Notes under the pieces: generated by a model
The model's database searches: none
The model's input: only the letters and a program-made list of their open reading frames with translations
What the model was told of the DNA's origin: nothing
Shown here: positions 1 to 11,997 of the stretch, in pieces
How the letters are laid out: every line of letters starts with the position of its first letter
How positions within the stretch are numbered: the stretch's first letter is position 1
DNA from: Antedon mediterranea
Lineage: Eukaryota; Animalia; Echinodermata
Direction: 5' to 3'
DNA length: 64,000 nucleotides
NCBI RefSeq assembly: GCF_964355755.1
Contig: NC_092672.1
Coordinates: forward strand, 23,263,237 to 23,327,236
Position numbers and translations under genes: made by a program

Positions 1-631
1 AAAGAAAATGAAGATCCTACAAAAATTCTTACTTTTCACACAACACAAAGTAAACGAAGAGGTCGGAAGATACCATCAGTACTTGATAGAGTTGTACAAC
101 AAAGTCAACTTACTAGATGCAACTTCATTAGAGCCTGCTTCAACAGAAATTTATAATTCCCAGCAATGTTTTAACTGTATATATGAACTGTTTTATAAGT
201 TGTTTTGTGACTGTGTAATTTGGTAGTAGTCACTCTCATACTGTAGGCCTACATTTAAAAGTAACACATCCAAATGCCAACTTCAAGTCAATGGCTACCA
301 GATGTCTCTGTGAGACGGTTATTTGAACCAGTACCAGTACCAGTACCATATACTTTGATATGGACCAAAATATTAGTCGACTGGTCACGCGGTTAAGCTT
401 ACTACATGGGTTAAGGCAGAGGCGCCGCAAATCGACACAGCTTCACGACACTCCTCGACCATTATTCTGGTCAATCTTGATTTTAGAAAGGTCATTGTTG
501 CAATGGCGGAATTGTTTGTATTAAAAATTATCTAAACAAATTATTAACCTTATCAGTATTTTAACCATGTAAAGCTAATACCTAAAGCAAAAATTGTATC
601 TTTCAACATGCTCCCAGTCAGTGGATATATT

Positions 632-1220
632 TTGCCAAGTACTTCACTCAGTTTATGAGTGCTTTTATTTGTTTGTTTGTTTGTTAGCAAGATTACTCAA
701 AAAGTAATTACAAGATCTTTACCAAAATGAATATACAGATAGATATGTGGTCAAGGACCATTCCATTAAATTTTTGGACCATTTGGGACCATAGTCCCAA
801 TTCTGGACCACTTTTTAGTATACTTTTCAGACCTGCAAGTGTTAAAAGATAGGACAGAATTTTTCAAAAGCCGGCGAGCAGTCTTAAAGTAACAAGTAAA
901 CTAAAATTGCATTTTCTCGAGGCAAGAGTTGAAATTTGCCAAGTATTTCACTCAGTTTCTGAGTGTTTTCATTTTGTTTGTTTGTTTGTTAGCAAGATTA
1001 CTCAAAATGACAAGATCTTTACCAAAATGAATATACAGATAGATATGTGGTCAATGACCATTCCATTAAATTTTTGGACCATTTGGAACCATAGTCCAAA
1101 TTCTGGACCACTTTTTAGTATACTTTTCAGACCTGCAAGTGTTAAAAGATAGGACAGAATTTTTCAAAAGCCGGCGAGCAGTCTTAAAGTAACAAGTAAA
1201 CTAAAATTGCATTTTCTCGA
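632..1220. repeat. Tandem duplication of a ~300 bp unit (Helentron/HINE-like repeat fragment)
   Basis: 632-920 and ~936-1220 are near-identical (ttgccaagta..cactcagttt..(gttt)n gttagcaagattactcaaaa..ctaaaattgcattttctcgag). Family guess rests on the (GTTT)n-GTTAGCAAGATTAC motif only. Confidence 0.75.
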
Positions 1221-1654
1221 GAACTACTTGTCCAAAAAAACTTTATTTTTTTACAAGAGGCAAGAGTTAAAATTTGTGATTTGTAATTTTAAAACATAAT
1301 TTAATTTAATGTGCACCTTTTTTGATGCGAGTAGTTTAAAAAACCTATTTCTTTTCAAATTCACTCGTTTGATTTTCGCATTGCTGTTCTATTGTTAGTC
1401 AACTGAAGCTATTGTTAATTGAAAAGCTTGTTACAAACCATTAGACCAAACTCGCATACACATGCTTGTAGTGAAATTAACCTAAATCACAAACAGTAGT
1501 AAGACACACACAAATATATATACTGTATATATATTTATTTTTTCCCGGAGAAATCTTATGTAGGAGAATTTTACAGTAGGCGGATAGGTATGCACTTTGG
1601 ACAAAATGGTTTAAAATATTGTAAGTTTATGAAGATTAAAAGATCTTATTGAGA

Positions 1655-2880
1655 GAGAAATTCAATCATAAAAGTACCAATAAATATTCAAATAATATTT
1701 CATTTTTGTAACTGAACAAACAAAAAATGGCCACCATTATGCCCAAAATGCTGCAATTTTATCCAATATGACAACCAATTTATCTAAAATGGCCACATAT
1801 ATCAAATATTTAGGAAGCTATTTTCTAAGAAATCATTCCTTAAAAATGGCAAAATCTTCAAAATTATCTATATAATTTGTAAAAAATCACACTTTTTTAA
1901 GCTTCCTCAATAAAAATCTTTTTAAGATTACAACTACCAAATTTCATATGCTGTTTACCAACCATTTTAAGAAGTCATACAGAAAATATAAACATGGTAT
2001 GTGAATTATTTATGAAGATAGTGCATCTCAAAATCCCAAAAAGTCTCAAATTGACTAAATAATCTAAATTTTTCAGTTTTTCTCACATACAGAATACGCA
2101 GATTTTGAATTTTAGATATGTGCTTACAATCCACTTGACTACCCACATGGTAAATATAATAACACTTGGTCAAGTATTAATTTGTAAAGTTATTACTACA
2201 TAAAAATTGGTCCAGACCTAAAAAAAGGCTTTAATTGCAGGGCTATAATTGCTCGAAATTGACTGGATATTTTGTGGTGAACTTTTGATATAGTATGGAT
2301 AACATATTTCTTTCACAATATCAACTTTCAAAATGTAGACCCTGAACGTCGAACAAAATTAATTTTCTAGGCCTTTTTTCAGCTACTGCTTATGGCCTAA
2401 AATTAATTTTGAGAAGGAATTGCATTATATATAGCATTTGTGTGTTCTGCCATTGTCAGAAATATTTTTAAATGTGTTTAAAAAATATAAATATTACTTG
2501 CTAATTTATATTTATTATGGGTTAATTGAATTGGTGTAATTTTGAATTCATTATGGATTTCAAGATCATCAAAGAATAAGTTGTATTTAAGATCTAGAGA
2601 GCTAGTAGAAAACAATTCCCAGAACATGGATAGATTATCATTGTTTAGTTCATCTTTAAGTGTATGAGTATTGGTTGTCTTTATGCATTAGTCGTTTGCA
2701 TTCAAATACGAAATGATATACAGTTTCCTTTTCATTACAATTACACAATAAACATATACCTGTATTTTGAGGTGACCATGCTTCTTTTCTACCTTCAAGT
2801 GGTAGTGAATTGGAGCTGAATTTTAGGCTTGAAGCATGATAATACACTTATCTAATAAATATTTTTTTTTCTAATTTTGG
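1655..2880 (+). repeat. Intronic block paralogous to 59200-61610 (segmental duplication of the ROCO gene); includes a LINE zinc-knuckle remnant on the - strand
   Basis: Collinear high-identity match to 59200-59548 plus 60830-61610. ORFs 2656-2847 and 61389-61583 (CLxCNCNEKETVYxFVFxC) are the same remnant. Confidence 0.9.
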
Positions 2881-2941
2881 TCTCTATTCACTTATTATTA
2901 CATAGGCAAATTACATTTGTTGTTTGTTTTCTTTATTATAG

Positions 2942-3097
2942 GAATCTTTTAAACAACTTTGGAGTGATTTAAATGAGGGTAAATTAGATCAAAGACTGTT
3001 GCAGCATATATGGAAGGATGAGCCAAAAGAGATGATTGACTTCTTTGTGTCTCTCATGCAAACTTTTGGGTTAATGTGTGAAAAAAGAAGTAAAAAG
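2942..3097 (+). CDS. ROCO copy 1 exon, COR region (ESFKQLWSDLNEGKLDQRLLQHIWK...LMQTFGLMCEK)
   Basis: AG at 2940-41, GT at 3098, 156 nt; paralogous to 61693-61848; LMxxFGL COR-type motif. Confidence 0.85.
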
Positions 3098-3178
3098 GTA
3101 TTTAAATTGTGTTAAACTTTGTAAAGTAATGGAATTATTTGTTGGATGTTCAATCTAATAATAATTATTTTTTTGCAG

Positions 3179-3463
3179 AATGATGGCCGAATGTTCTATG
3201 TTCTTTCGCGCCTGAAGCCCCAACGGGATGATTCAACAACAACAGTTGAATATGAAGAGAAGCATGCTGTTTCTCTCTTTCATGACTTTGATGGCTACCT
3301 ACCAGATGATCTCTTTCAACGTGTTGCAACTAAATTTATTGAGGAATTCCAAATGGAAGATGTTGAACCTACATTGTCTTATGAGCATGTAGAATTGGAT
3401 ATTGATGGTAATCACTTAGTTGTTCTAAACATAGCTACCATCAACAATTGCCGTATGTTTCAG
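3179..3463 (+). CDS. ROCO copy 1 exon, COR-B region (NDGRMFYVLSRLKP...YLPDDLFQRVATKF)
   Basis: AG/GT bounded, 285 nt; LPxxLFxRV motif; paralogous to 61934-62215. Confidence 0.85.
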
Positions 3464-3718
3464 GTAAACCTAATTTAAAAGTACATAGTGTGTGGCAAAT
3501 AAGGGCAGCTCCATTGCAGAAAAAAAGACCCATAAGCATATTTCAGGTTAATAGTTACCATTTTATATAAACATTAAGGGTCCAACAATATTAATAATAA
3601 TACAGTTCTTGGTAGTAGTGTTTAAGCAAGTGTGATTCACTTACAATACAATATATATACACCATTTATATTCTGTGATTTAAAAAATGGATTTGAGATT
3701 CTCAATTAACTACCTAGT

Positions 3719-3840
3719 ATGTTAGTTCTGAAAAGAACTGTTTGAGTTTCTCGACGTTTCGATAAACATACTTTGATCGTCCTCAGAGTGTATTAATCAA
3801 AACGTCGAGAAACTCAACAGTTCTTTTCAAAAGTAACATA
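3719..3840 (-). repeat. Penelope-like palindromic remnant with minimal hammerhead ribozyme core
   Basis: Inverted arms (gaaaagaactgtttgagtttctcgacgttt / aaacgtcgagaaactcaacagttcttttc). The - strand reads CUGAGGA-cgau..auc-GAAAC-GUC. Confidence 0.6.
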
Positions 3841-3938
3841 TTAATTTCATTTCAACATTTTCATTTCGCTATGTCTTGTACCATTTTAACTAATAATCGT
3901 TCTACCGTACTGTAAACACATCTTTTTAAATGTTGCAG

Positions 3939-4001
3939 ACAACAATAGTCCGGAGAGAAAACGAAGATGAAGTTGATCCACAACCTAGAATCTGTCAAAA
4001 G
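3939..4001 (+). CDS. ROCO copy 1 exon (TTIVRRENEDEVDPQPRICQK)
   Basis: AG/GT bounded, 63 nt; paralogous to 62408-62509. Confidence 0.8.
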
Positions 4002-4318
4002 GTACTGTACAGCTACAGTAATACTAAACAAATGTTATGAAGATCCCATGTAGGCCCTATATTGTACAGTTGAAAATCACCTTCACCTAAAAGTTTCCAA
4101 AATGAATTACCACAGTAGGTTCAGAAATTTTTGCCCAGACAAATTTTGTGATGTTGCAGAAAAAATAATGCATTCATTGTTATGCTAAAGAGTGGGCATA
4201 CATTTTGTTAGCACCCGTAAACAAATATAAAGCTATAAATGTTCTGCTGTAAATACTAAAATTACATATTGATTTTAATTTTTATGCATCCAGTAATAAC
4301 TATTTACACTGCCTATAG

Positions 4319-4607
4319 GTACTTAGTTTTCTTCAAAACTCATTGCCAGTACTGAGTAAGAAGGGGGCACGTGGTGTAGAAATAAAGATGTACATCCGAT
4401 GTGATGTATGTTCAAATAACAGTGGCATATGCAGAATGTTCCTAGAAGCCCTTTGCCGGTCGTTCCATATTCAGCTTGGCCTCACTCTGAATGTTAAACA
4501 TACTCATATGCATGTTGTTCGCAAATTTGATAAAGATGCGTTACCTTGTAGAAGCAAAGCAATGGACATGAAACGTTACTGCAGACTGTTTGGAGAAAAC
4601 ACAGAAG
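4319..4607 (+). CDS. ROCO copy 1 exon, Cys-containing post-COR segment
   Basis: AG at 4317-18, GT at 4608; open frame VLSFLQNSLPVLSKKG...CDVC...LFGENTE; ends in phase 1. Confidence 0.75.
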
Positions 4608-4852
4608 GTAACTGATTGTCTTCGTTAAACATCAAGTATAAACTTATACTAAATTTATAATCTTCACACTGACAAAAAACCATATTCAGTATGGTTAAAT
4701 TAAATATACGATTATACAAAACAATTTGAAATCACAAGTGAGTTTCATGCATCATAGTAAATATCATTTATACATGCTGATATGCTAAATTAAACAAATG
4801 AGCCAATCTCAACAATACTTTGCGTAATAATGGTGCAAAAAATGTAACTGGA

Positions 4853-5172
4853 TAAATAGAGCTGCTAGGTCCTCTGAAATTGCACTTATACCTTGAAATA
4901 TGAAATAAAATATACAAGTCTTCAAGACCAGCCCATCAGGTTGGGATGGAGCTAAGAATATCTTGAAAAATAGGGCTGCCAGGTCCCGGAAAAGGCGTTT
5001 AATTTAAAATATGAAACATAGTCTCCAGGATCAGCCTTACCATGGTTGGTAAAATAGAGCTGCTAGGTCCTCTGAAATTATACTTATACTTTGAAATATG
5101 AAATGAAATATACAAGTCTTCAGGACCAGCCCATCAGGTTGGGATGGAGCTAAGAAAATCTTAAAAAATAGA
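4853..5172. repeat. Intronic ~200 bp-period direct duplication
   Basis: aatagagctgctaggtcctctgaaatt...ggatggagctaagaa occurs at ~4856 and ~5053. Confidence 0.8.
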
Positions 5173-5741
5173 AATTGGACTTTTACTTTGAATTTGGCTA
5201 GGCTAGGTCTAAAATGTGGACCTTTTTTTGTTTTTTTTGAAAGAGGTTGGGGGGGGGGGGAATTTATCTTTTACAAATTGTTTGGAATTTACATTTTTTT
5301 CTTTTTACTTTTATGATCTAGGAAACAAGCCTGTGGATATAATTGGTAAATTCCACTGTTACTTTTTGTAAATTTTAATTAATTGCATACATCTTCTGTA
5401 CATTAGAGGTGTTGATAACTAAAACGTTAAAGTATAAATTATGTTGTTTATATTAAAGAATAATTAAGTTTTAATGTCATATTTATTTTTTTTTCCAATT
5501 TAATATTCTTGAATTTTAGTGCAACACAATTAGAAAACCCCCAACATACTGTATTTTGTTGGTAATCCACCCTACTAGGGAATTATCATAAAGTATTGGA
5601 TGAATGTTCTCAATATAGGCTAACCATGGTTAGACTGTTAAATAAGAGTAGGGTTAAAACTAGCCAAATTGACTGAATTTTTTTCAATCCAACTTCTTAA
5701 AAATTAGACAAGCCAAGTTAATGCATTTTTTATTTTGTTAG

Positions 5742-6242
5742 CGATAACAGAGGACACGTACAACACCATATTAGTAATATTTTCATCCTGGTATGATGAA
5801 CACAAACTTTTCGCTATGCTCAAATGTGTGTACAGTGATTTATTGGACAATGCCACATTTTCTGCTGTTGAAAACACAATGGATATGCTATAAAAATTGC
5901 ATGCTACAGGAGAACTGAATCAACGTAACCTTGCACTTCTACACGACACTATTAATATCACCAAACAAGGTGGACTAAGAGACAAACTTAGAGAATCGGT
6001 GCCATCATTTCCAAATGTAGAAGGAATTTCGTCATTATCACACCATAGACAACAAGTCCTGTCATTCTTCTCAACATTATCCAACGAGGATGTCTGTAAA
6101 ATCAACGGAAAATATAATAATCCTCAAAAAAAGGATTGGGGCCGCTGGGAGATACTCTTTGATCTGGAAAAACGCAGACGTCTAATAAACCAAAAGAATT
6201 GGAACACATTTATTGAAGGGTTGAAGAAAATTGATATTGAAA
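5742..6242 (+). pseudogene. Tandem death-effector-domain (DED-DED)-like exon with premature stop
   Basis: 501 nt phase 1-1 exon: ...FSSWYDEHKLFAMLK...TMDML*KLHATGELNQRNLALLHDTI...ISSLSHHRQQVLSFFSTLSNEDV...WEILFDLEKRRRL. Pattern resembles caspase-8-type tandem DEDs. TAA at 5891-5893. Confidence 0.65.
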
Positions 6243-6950
6243 GTATGTTAATTTATGTATGTTTATATCCTACAGAAGAAATGTTTAATATTTATATATA
6301 TTTATTTAGACTACATGTGACTGATCTTTTTTGGAACATTCATAACTCCACAGCCAAAATTGAGAAACTTCAGCCAGTTTTTGTGTAGTAATGGATAATA
6401 GTTAAAATAAACCAACATTCATTGCTAATAAGATTACTTCATCAGTTAATATGTTGTTTAACTGTACTCCACAAGTACGATCACGTAGCAACATATTGAC
6501 TGACAAAGTTAAGCTGTTTTGAATTTTCTTGAACGCAAGTTTACTGTTTTATTATTTTTATGAACAACTATTATCCATTATATGTTTGTCAGATACTTCC
6601 ATGTTACAGTCAGAATAACAATATAATACTAATTAATATTGACAGTAAAACACAATTCCATTGGATTTTTAAATAAATTAATATATTGTAATAACTGGAT
6701 ACTCATTAAGTCAATGAAGTCACTACGAAAAAAAACAAAAAAAAAAACAACTTTGAAACGCATTCTCAAAACTTTTTTTTTTGTTAACTTCTTAAAAATT
6801 TTTCAATTTTTTTGTTTGAGTAACAGTTGATATTTCTTATATTGTATGTATTTACATTTTTATTTTATTTATCATTAGAGCACACTACTGTATGTGCACA
6901 AATCTTTAAAATTACTGTTAACCAACTATGATATTTTTAAATGGTTGCAG

Positions 6951-7001
6951 GGCCGCACTATGATGGTAGTAATCCAGATATTGCAGTACATCAAACAGCA
7001 G
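6951..7001 (+). CDS. Small linker exon (RPHYDGSNPDIAVHQTA)
   Basis: tgcag| and |gtagg sites, 51 nt, phase 1-1. Confidence 0.6.
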
Positions 7002-7272
7002 GTAGGTTCTCAGATGGATGATCAATATAAACCTATTTAATAGCAAGCTACGTAATACATTATACATGTAGAAATCAGAAATCATAATTAATAATAATAA
7101 TTTTGAAAGTTATGAACATACATACATACAACTACTTTATTTTACACTACAGTATATCTTTCAAAATTATCATGTTTATTATACTTTTTTTTATCACTTT
7201 TCCCTGTTAATAATAGTAGCAACAATGCTATTAATTAACTATCTATGACATTGTGTGTTTTGTTTTATTTAG

Positions 7273-7352
7273 CTTCTACTTTAAACATGATAGCAATAAT
7301 AACAATGATAGTAGCAATTTTAGCAGTGATTCTTCGCTACTACAGCCTTTGA
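7273..7352 (+). CDS. Terminal exon encoding a transmembrane tail (ASTLNMIAIITMIVAILAVILRYYSL*)
   Basis: AG at 7271-72; the phase-1 reading gives a 16-residue hydrophobic run, then RYYSL and TGA at 7350-52. Confidence 0.55.
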
Positions 7353-8215
7353 AACAAAGAAATACGTACAAAGGTATTTTGATATTAATTATTATATGAA
7401 TACTTAATATTACTGTAGAAATAATCACTATTTTACGTGATTTACTAAGATTGTCATTATCAATCTTTAGATAAACAAGACATTTTTAAAAGTGACTGCA
7501 GGCCTTTTCTTTTAATGCGAGCGTGAGTGATCACTCACCTAACACTCCTAAACTGCCCTTGAGGAGTACGATTTACAACACGCCTAAATTTGGTAAACTT
7601 CTACACACCAAAGTACAAGCAGCACCTACATCACCCCTGAATGTATTGAGGAGTGCAATTTGTAGCAAGCCTACAATTTTGAAAAGACAAAAGGCCTGTG
7701 ACTGTGTGTATCTATAATTAACATGCCTCTGCTGGTAACTGAAACAGAATGGTCCCTTTTTCCAAATTCATCACCAAAAAATCAAATATATTTTTACTGG
7801 CCATACAAATGCATCTAATTAGCAATCACATGCAATATTAAAGTGTATGTTTCAGGGGGACAATGAAAAATTTACGTTATAATATGATGAAACTGTGCAA
7901 TAGGTAGTCTACACTGTTGTAAGGATGCATACATATTTTGTTTATATTTAGTGGGTTATGTTCACTTTTATTTTGCAAACTGGTCAGCTATCTTGTAATT
8001 CTTTATCATAGAAAATAATTACCGGTAGTAATAAATGAGGCTGATGAATTATACATGATTTCTGCCTTTTTTCCTAATATGAAAAAATTATTCTTACTGC
8101 CAATACAAATAGAATGTTACATTCCAAAAATGTTGCTTAATTTCAGAACTTTATTGTTTGAAGAAAAACAACCCAAATGTGTCAAAATCAAGTCAATTAA
8201 AACATATTTTTACAG

Positions 8216-8474
8216 GATGCTTAACAGACTTGGACTCGGATAATTTCTAAGAAGATGACAGATTGGAAGAATTTTTGTAGGCATCTTGGTATTGCTGATG
8301 TTGAGCTAACACAAACTGAGAGAAGGTTTTCAGCTATAGAAGCAACTATGGAATCACTGGTACAATGGCGGTGTAAGCAAGGAAGAGATGTGAACCAACG
8401 AGAGGAAGTAATAAAAGCCTTAAGAGCAGTTGAGAGAATGGATATTGTACAATTACTAAAGCAATCAGGACAAG
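8216..8474 (+). pseudogene. Death-domain exon, frameshifted near its start
   Basis: GCLTDLD/RIISKKMTDWKNFCRHLGIADVEL...MESLVQWRCKQG...IKALRAVERMDIVQLL is a typical death-domain pattern. 259 nt (not 3n), frameshift ~8236. Confidence 0.8.
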
Positions 8475-8612
8475 GTGGGTATCTTTATTTAACATTTTTA
8501 CAGAAAATACATTTTATGCAGTCTCAAAAAAGATTTTTTAAGAATTTAATTTTGCTAATTATACTAAATTTATTTCATAATATTGGAAACTTGCTTTTCT
8601 TCAACCATGTAG

Positions 8613-8755
8613 ATTTCTCGGAAGATAATTTTAAACAGCTGATTTCAGACTTTTCACAATGGTTTGATGATCGTGGTCTCCTTAACAGACTACAAGTTCT
8701 ATGCATAGAAATAGTAGATGACATTCAAGAGTTGAAAAGGGTTACCAGTGCGCTA
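8613..8755 (+). pseudogene. Start of another DED-like exon, truncated by the Rex1 LINE
   Basis: AG at 8611-12. DFSEDNFKQLISDFSQWFDDRGLLNRLQVL aligns with the start of the 5742 exon; no continuation after the LINE 3' end. Confidence 0.6.
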
Positions 8756-11700
8756 CATTGAGGGCGACCACCAAGGTTCGGAAATTGTCTTGTTATATCG
8801 TCTTAAATTTGTTGTTTCGGTGATATTTTTGTATCCAGTTGCCTTATTTATACTTTCATTATGTATCTAAGTATAGTTATATCGTGTTTCGAGCTCTGGT
8901 TTCTGTTGGTTTTCGATGGAATTGGTAGTTGTTTGTCGACGGTACCACCTAGGCCGAGTTACCCACCCCGCTACATCACGTATAGCCGCGAGGAGCTCAT
9001 TCAACTCCGACCTGCGTTACCCGGCGTGCAACGTAGATCTAGGCCTAGTGCCACTGACACGTTAGGAGCGCAGATCAAAAACAGGAAACGAGGGAGAAGA
9101 GGTGGTCTTAAAGCTAGACTTAAATGCCGTAAGTTTTCTGCTCCGCTACCCTCTATACTAACAGGGAATGCTCAGTCACTTCGCAATAAACTGGATGAGT
9201 TGAAAGCATGCACCCTTTATCTCAAGGATTATCGTGATGCAAATTTGATATGTATGTCTGAGACATGGTTTACAGATACTGATTCTGAGTTTGATACAAA
9301 CATCGATGGATTCTCATGTGAAAGGTCTGACCGAACACTAGACTCTGGAAAATCCATTGGAGGCGGTGTTTGCGTTTTTGTCAACAGTCTATGGTGCAAC
9401 AATGTTACGGTGAAATATCGGCGGTGTACTACTAACTATGAACTCATTACTGTTTCGCTTCGTCCATTTTATCTTCCTCGCGAGTTCAATACAATTTTTG
9501 TCACAGTAGTCTACATCCACCCGAGAGCTGATATGAAAGTAGCTGCATCTGACATTCAAACCATATTAAGTGAACTGGACACAGAATCCCCTGATGCTGT
9601 TAAGTTAGTCACTGGTGACTTTAACTCGTGCGACCTCAAGAAGGTTTCGAATTAGTCTCAGTATGTAGACTTTCCCACACGCGGTGACAAAATACTTGAT
9701 TGTTGTTACGGCAACATAAAGAACGCGTACAAGTCGTCGCCTAAGGCAGGTCTTGGTAAATCAGATCACAAGATGATTCATTTAATACCAGCTTATAAAC
9801 AAAAGTTAAAAAAACAAAGTAAACCAATGGTCAAGGAAATCAAAGTGTGGACAAATGATAGTATGGAGGAATTTAAAGGATGTCTTGAAGCTACGAATTG
9901 GGATGTGTTTATGAATACAGATTCTATTGACGCCACTATGGAAACAATTGTTGAATATATTAATTTTTGTGAGTCTAGCATCATTAAAAAGAAGGAAATA
10001 AAAATTTATCCAAATAGTAAACCATGGGTCACTAAGGATATCCGAGAACTTTTACAGCAAAAACAACAAGCTGTCCGCAATAATGATGTTATGGAAAAGA
10101 AGCGTATTCAGAAGTTAATGAAAAAGCGAATTAATGATGCCAAACGCAAATTTGGAGAGAAAATAAAGAATGATTTTGATAGCAGAACCCCAAGCAAGCA
10201 TGGAATGGATTAAAAAAAGTTATTGGAAACGCGAAAAGGCAGAACACAACAATAGTTCCATCCGGATCCCGACCATTGGACTTTGCAAATAAACTAAATA
10301 TATTTTTTAACAGATTTGATAATGATGACCAAATTAATAATACTAATGATAATGATGTTAAACTGAACCTAGAGTTAAATACAACCAAATCTGATGTACC
10401 TGAATTTGATCTGCTTTCAGTTGAGAAAGTATTTAAGGGTGTTAAGCCAAATAAAGCAGCTGGGTCAGATAAACTAACTGGCAATATTTTAAAGTCATGC
10501 TATAAACAACTTGCGCCTATCTTTTGTAGATTATTTAACTGGTCGTTAAGCTCTTCTTGTGTCCCATGCATGTGGAAGTATTCAATAATAGCCCCAATAA
10601 ATAAAGTACCTAAGCCGAAAATATTAAATGATTATCGTCCTGTTGCTCTAACCCAAATTATTACAAAGTGCTTTGAGAGGCTATTTAAAGATGTATTGAT
10701 TAAAGAAACGTTGCCTTTTGTTGATAATAATCAGTTTGCATACTGTAGTAATAGAGGTGTCGACGATGCAATAACTACCCTCTTGCATCCAATCTATGAA
10801 ACTTTGGATAAACCTAGGCAATATGTAAGGACGTTATTTTTAGATTTTTCTTCGGCTTTCAATTCAATGAAACCAAACATACTTCTTGATAAATTAGTTA
10901 GTATGAATGTTAATCCCTTTGTTTGTCTATGGATCAGAGATTTCTTGAAAAACAGAACCCAGCGTGTTAGAATTGATAATGTTTTGTCTGATATAATTGT
11001 TTCAAACACCGGTGCCCCACAGGGATGCGTGTTATCTCCATTGTTGTTCACATTATATACAAGCGACCTTAGAAGTGAATCATGTCAAATAGTTAAATTT
11101 GCTGATGACACCTGTATCACAGGCTTAATTAGTAAACAATGATGAGAGCACGTATAGAACTGAAGTTAATAATATAATTAACTGGTGTGATATGAACTGT
11201 CTAAGTATTAATGTAAATAAAATAAAGGAAATTGTGTTTGACTTTCGTAAAATTAAGAGGCAACTTATACCTTTAAATATCAAAGATAATGATGTCCGCA
11301 CAACTAGTGAACATAAATATTTAGGAGTATGGATAGATGAAAAACTGTCATGGAACGCCAACACTGCCAAAGTCTATGCGAAGGCAAACCAAAGATTGTA
11401 CTTCTTAAGAAAATTAAGAAACTTTAAGATTGGCAGAGATGCGCTGTCTCTATTCCATCAGGCTATGATACAGTCCATATTAACATTTTGCTGTATTGTA
11501 TGGCTAAATAGTTTATCTAAGTATAACTCAAATAAATTACAGAGAATAATAAAAATGCTAAGAAGGTAATAGGTGCAAACGTCCCATCTATCCATGATAT
11601 ATGCGATAAGGTTATGGAGAAAAAACTAAAATGTATAATTAACGACCAGTCTCATCCTCTTTTTAACTTTATAAATTTCAGTAGATCCGGAAGGATGATT

Positions 11701-11997
11701 CCTTCAATTAAGAAGACTGAGCGTCATAATAAATCATTTCTTCCGTGTGCAATCAGGCAATACAACAAGCAATTTAAAAGATAACTTGAGACGTTTTATA
11801 TTTTATTCTTTATATAGTATTTTAATATTTATACTGTTCATAATGTTTTATACATAGCATATTTTCTTATATATTATCTTATCCATTGTATAGTATTGTA
11901 TGTTTTTAACTGTTGTTATTTTTATTGTAATTTCAACCTTGGAAGGCAAATTTCATTTACTGTGTATTTGACAATAAATTTGAACTTGAACTTGAAC
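8752..11997 (+). mobile_element. Rex1/Babar-clade non-LTR retrotransposon, near full-length, disrupted
   Basis: RRGRRGG, APE motifs (GNAQSLRNK, SETW, GGGVCVFVN, GDFN), RT (PQGCVLSP, FADD) split over ORFs 8861-9655, 9773-10213, 10276-11142, 11192-11569; AATAAA + (TTGAAC)3 tail. Confidence 0.9.

Larger units (their letters stand above)
2942..8755 (+). pseudogene. ROCO-family gene copy 1, 3' part (COR - DED-DED - TM / DD - DED), disabled
   Basis: Chain of AG/GT-bounded, phase-compatible exons homologous to copy 2. In-frame TAA at 5891-5893, frameshift near 8236, last exon truncated by a LINE at ~8753. The 5' part lies before the window. Confidence 0.75.

Noticed and set aside
8-430. Short ORFs at the window start as ROCO exons
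   Set aside because: No similarity to copy 2 exons; by homology this region is within the long intron before the 2942 exon.
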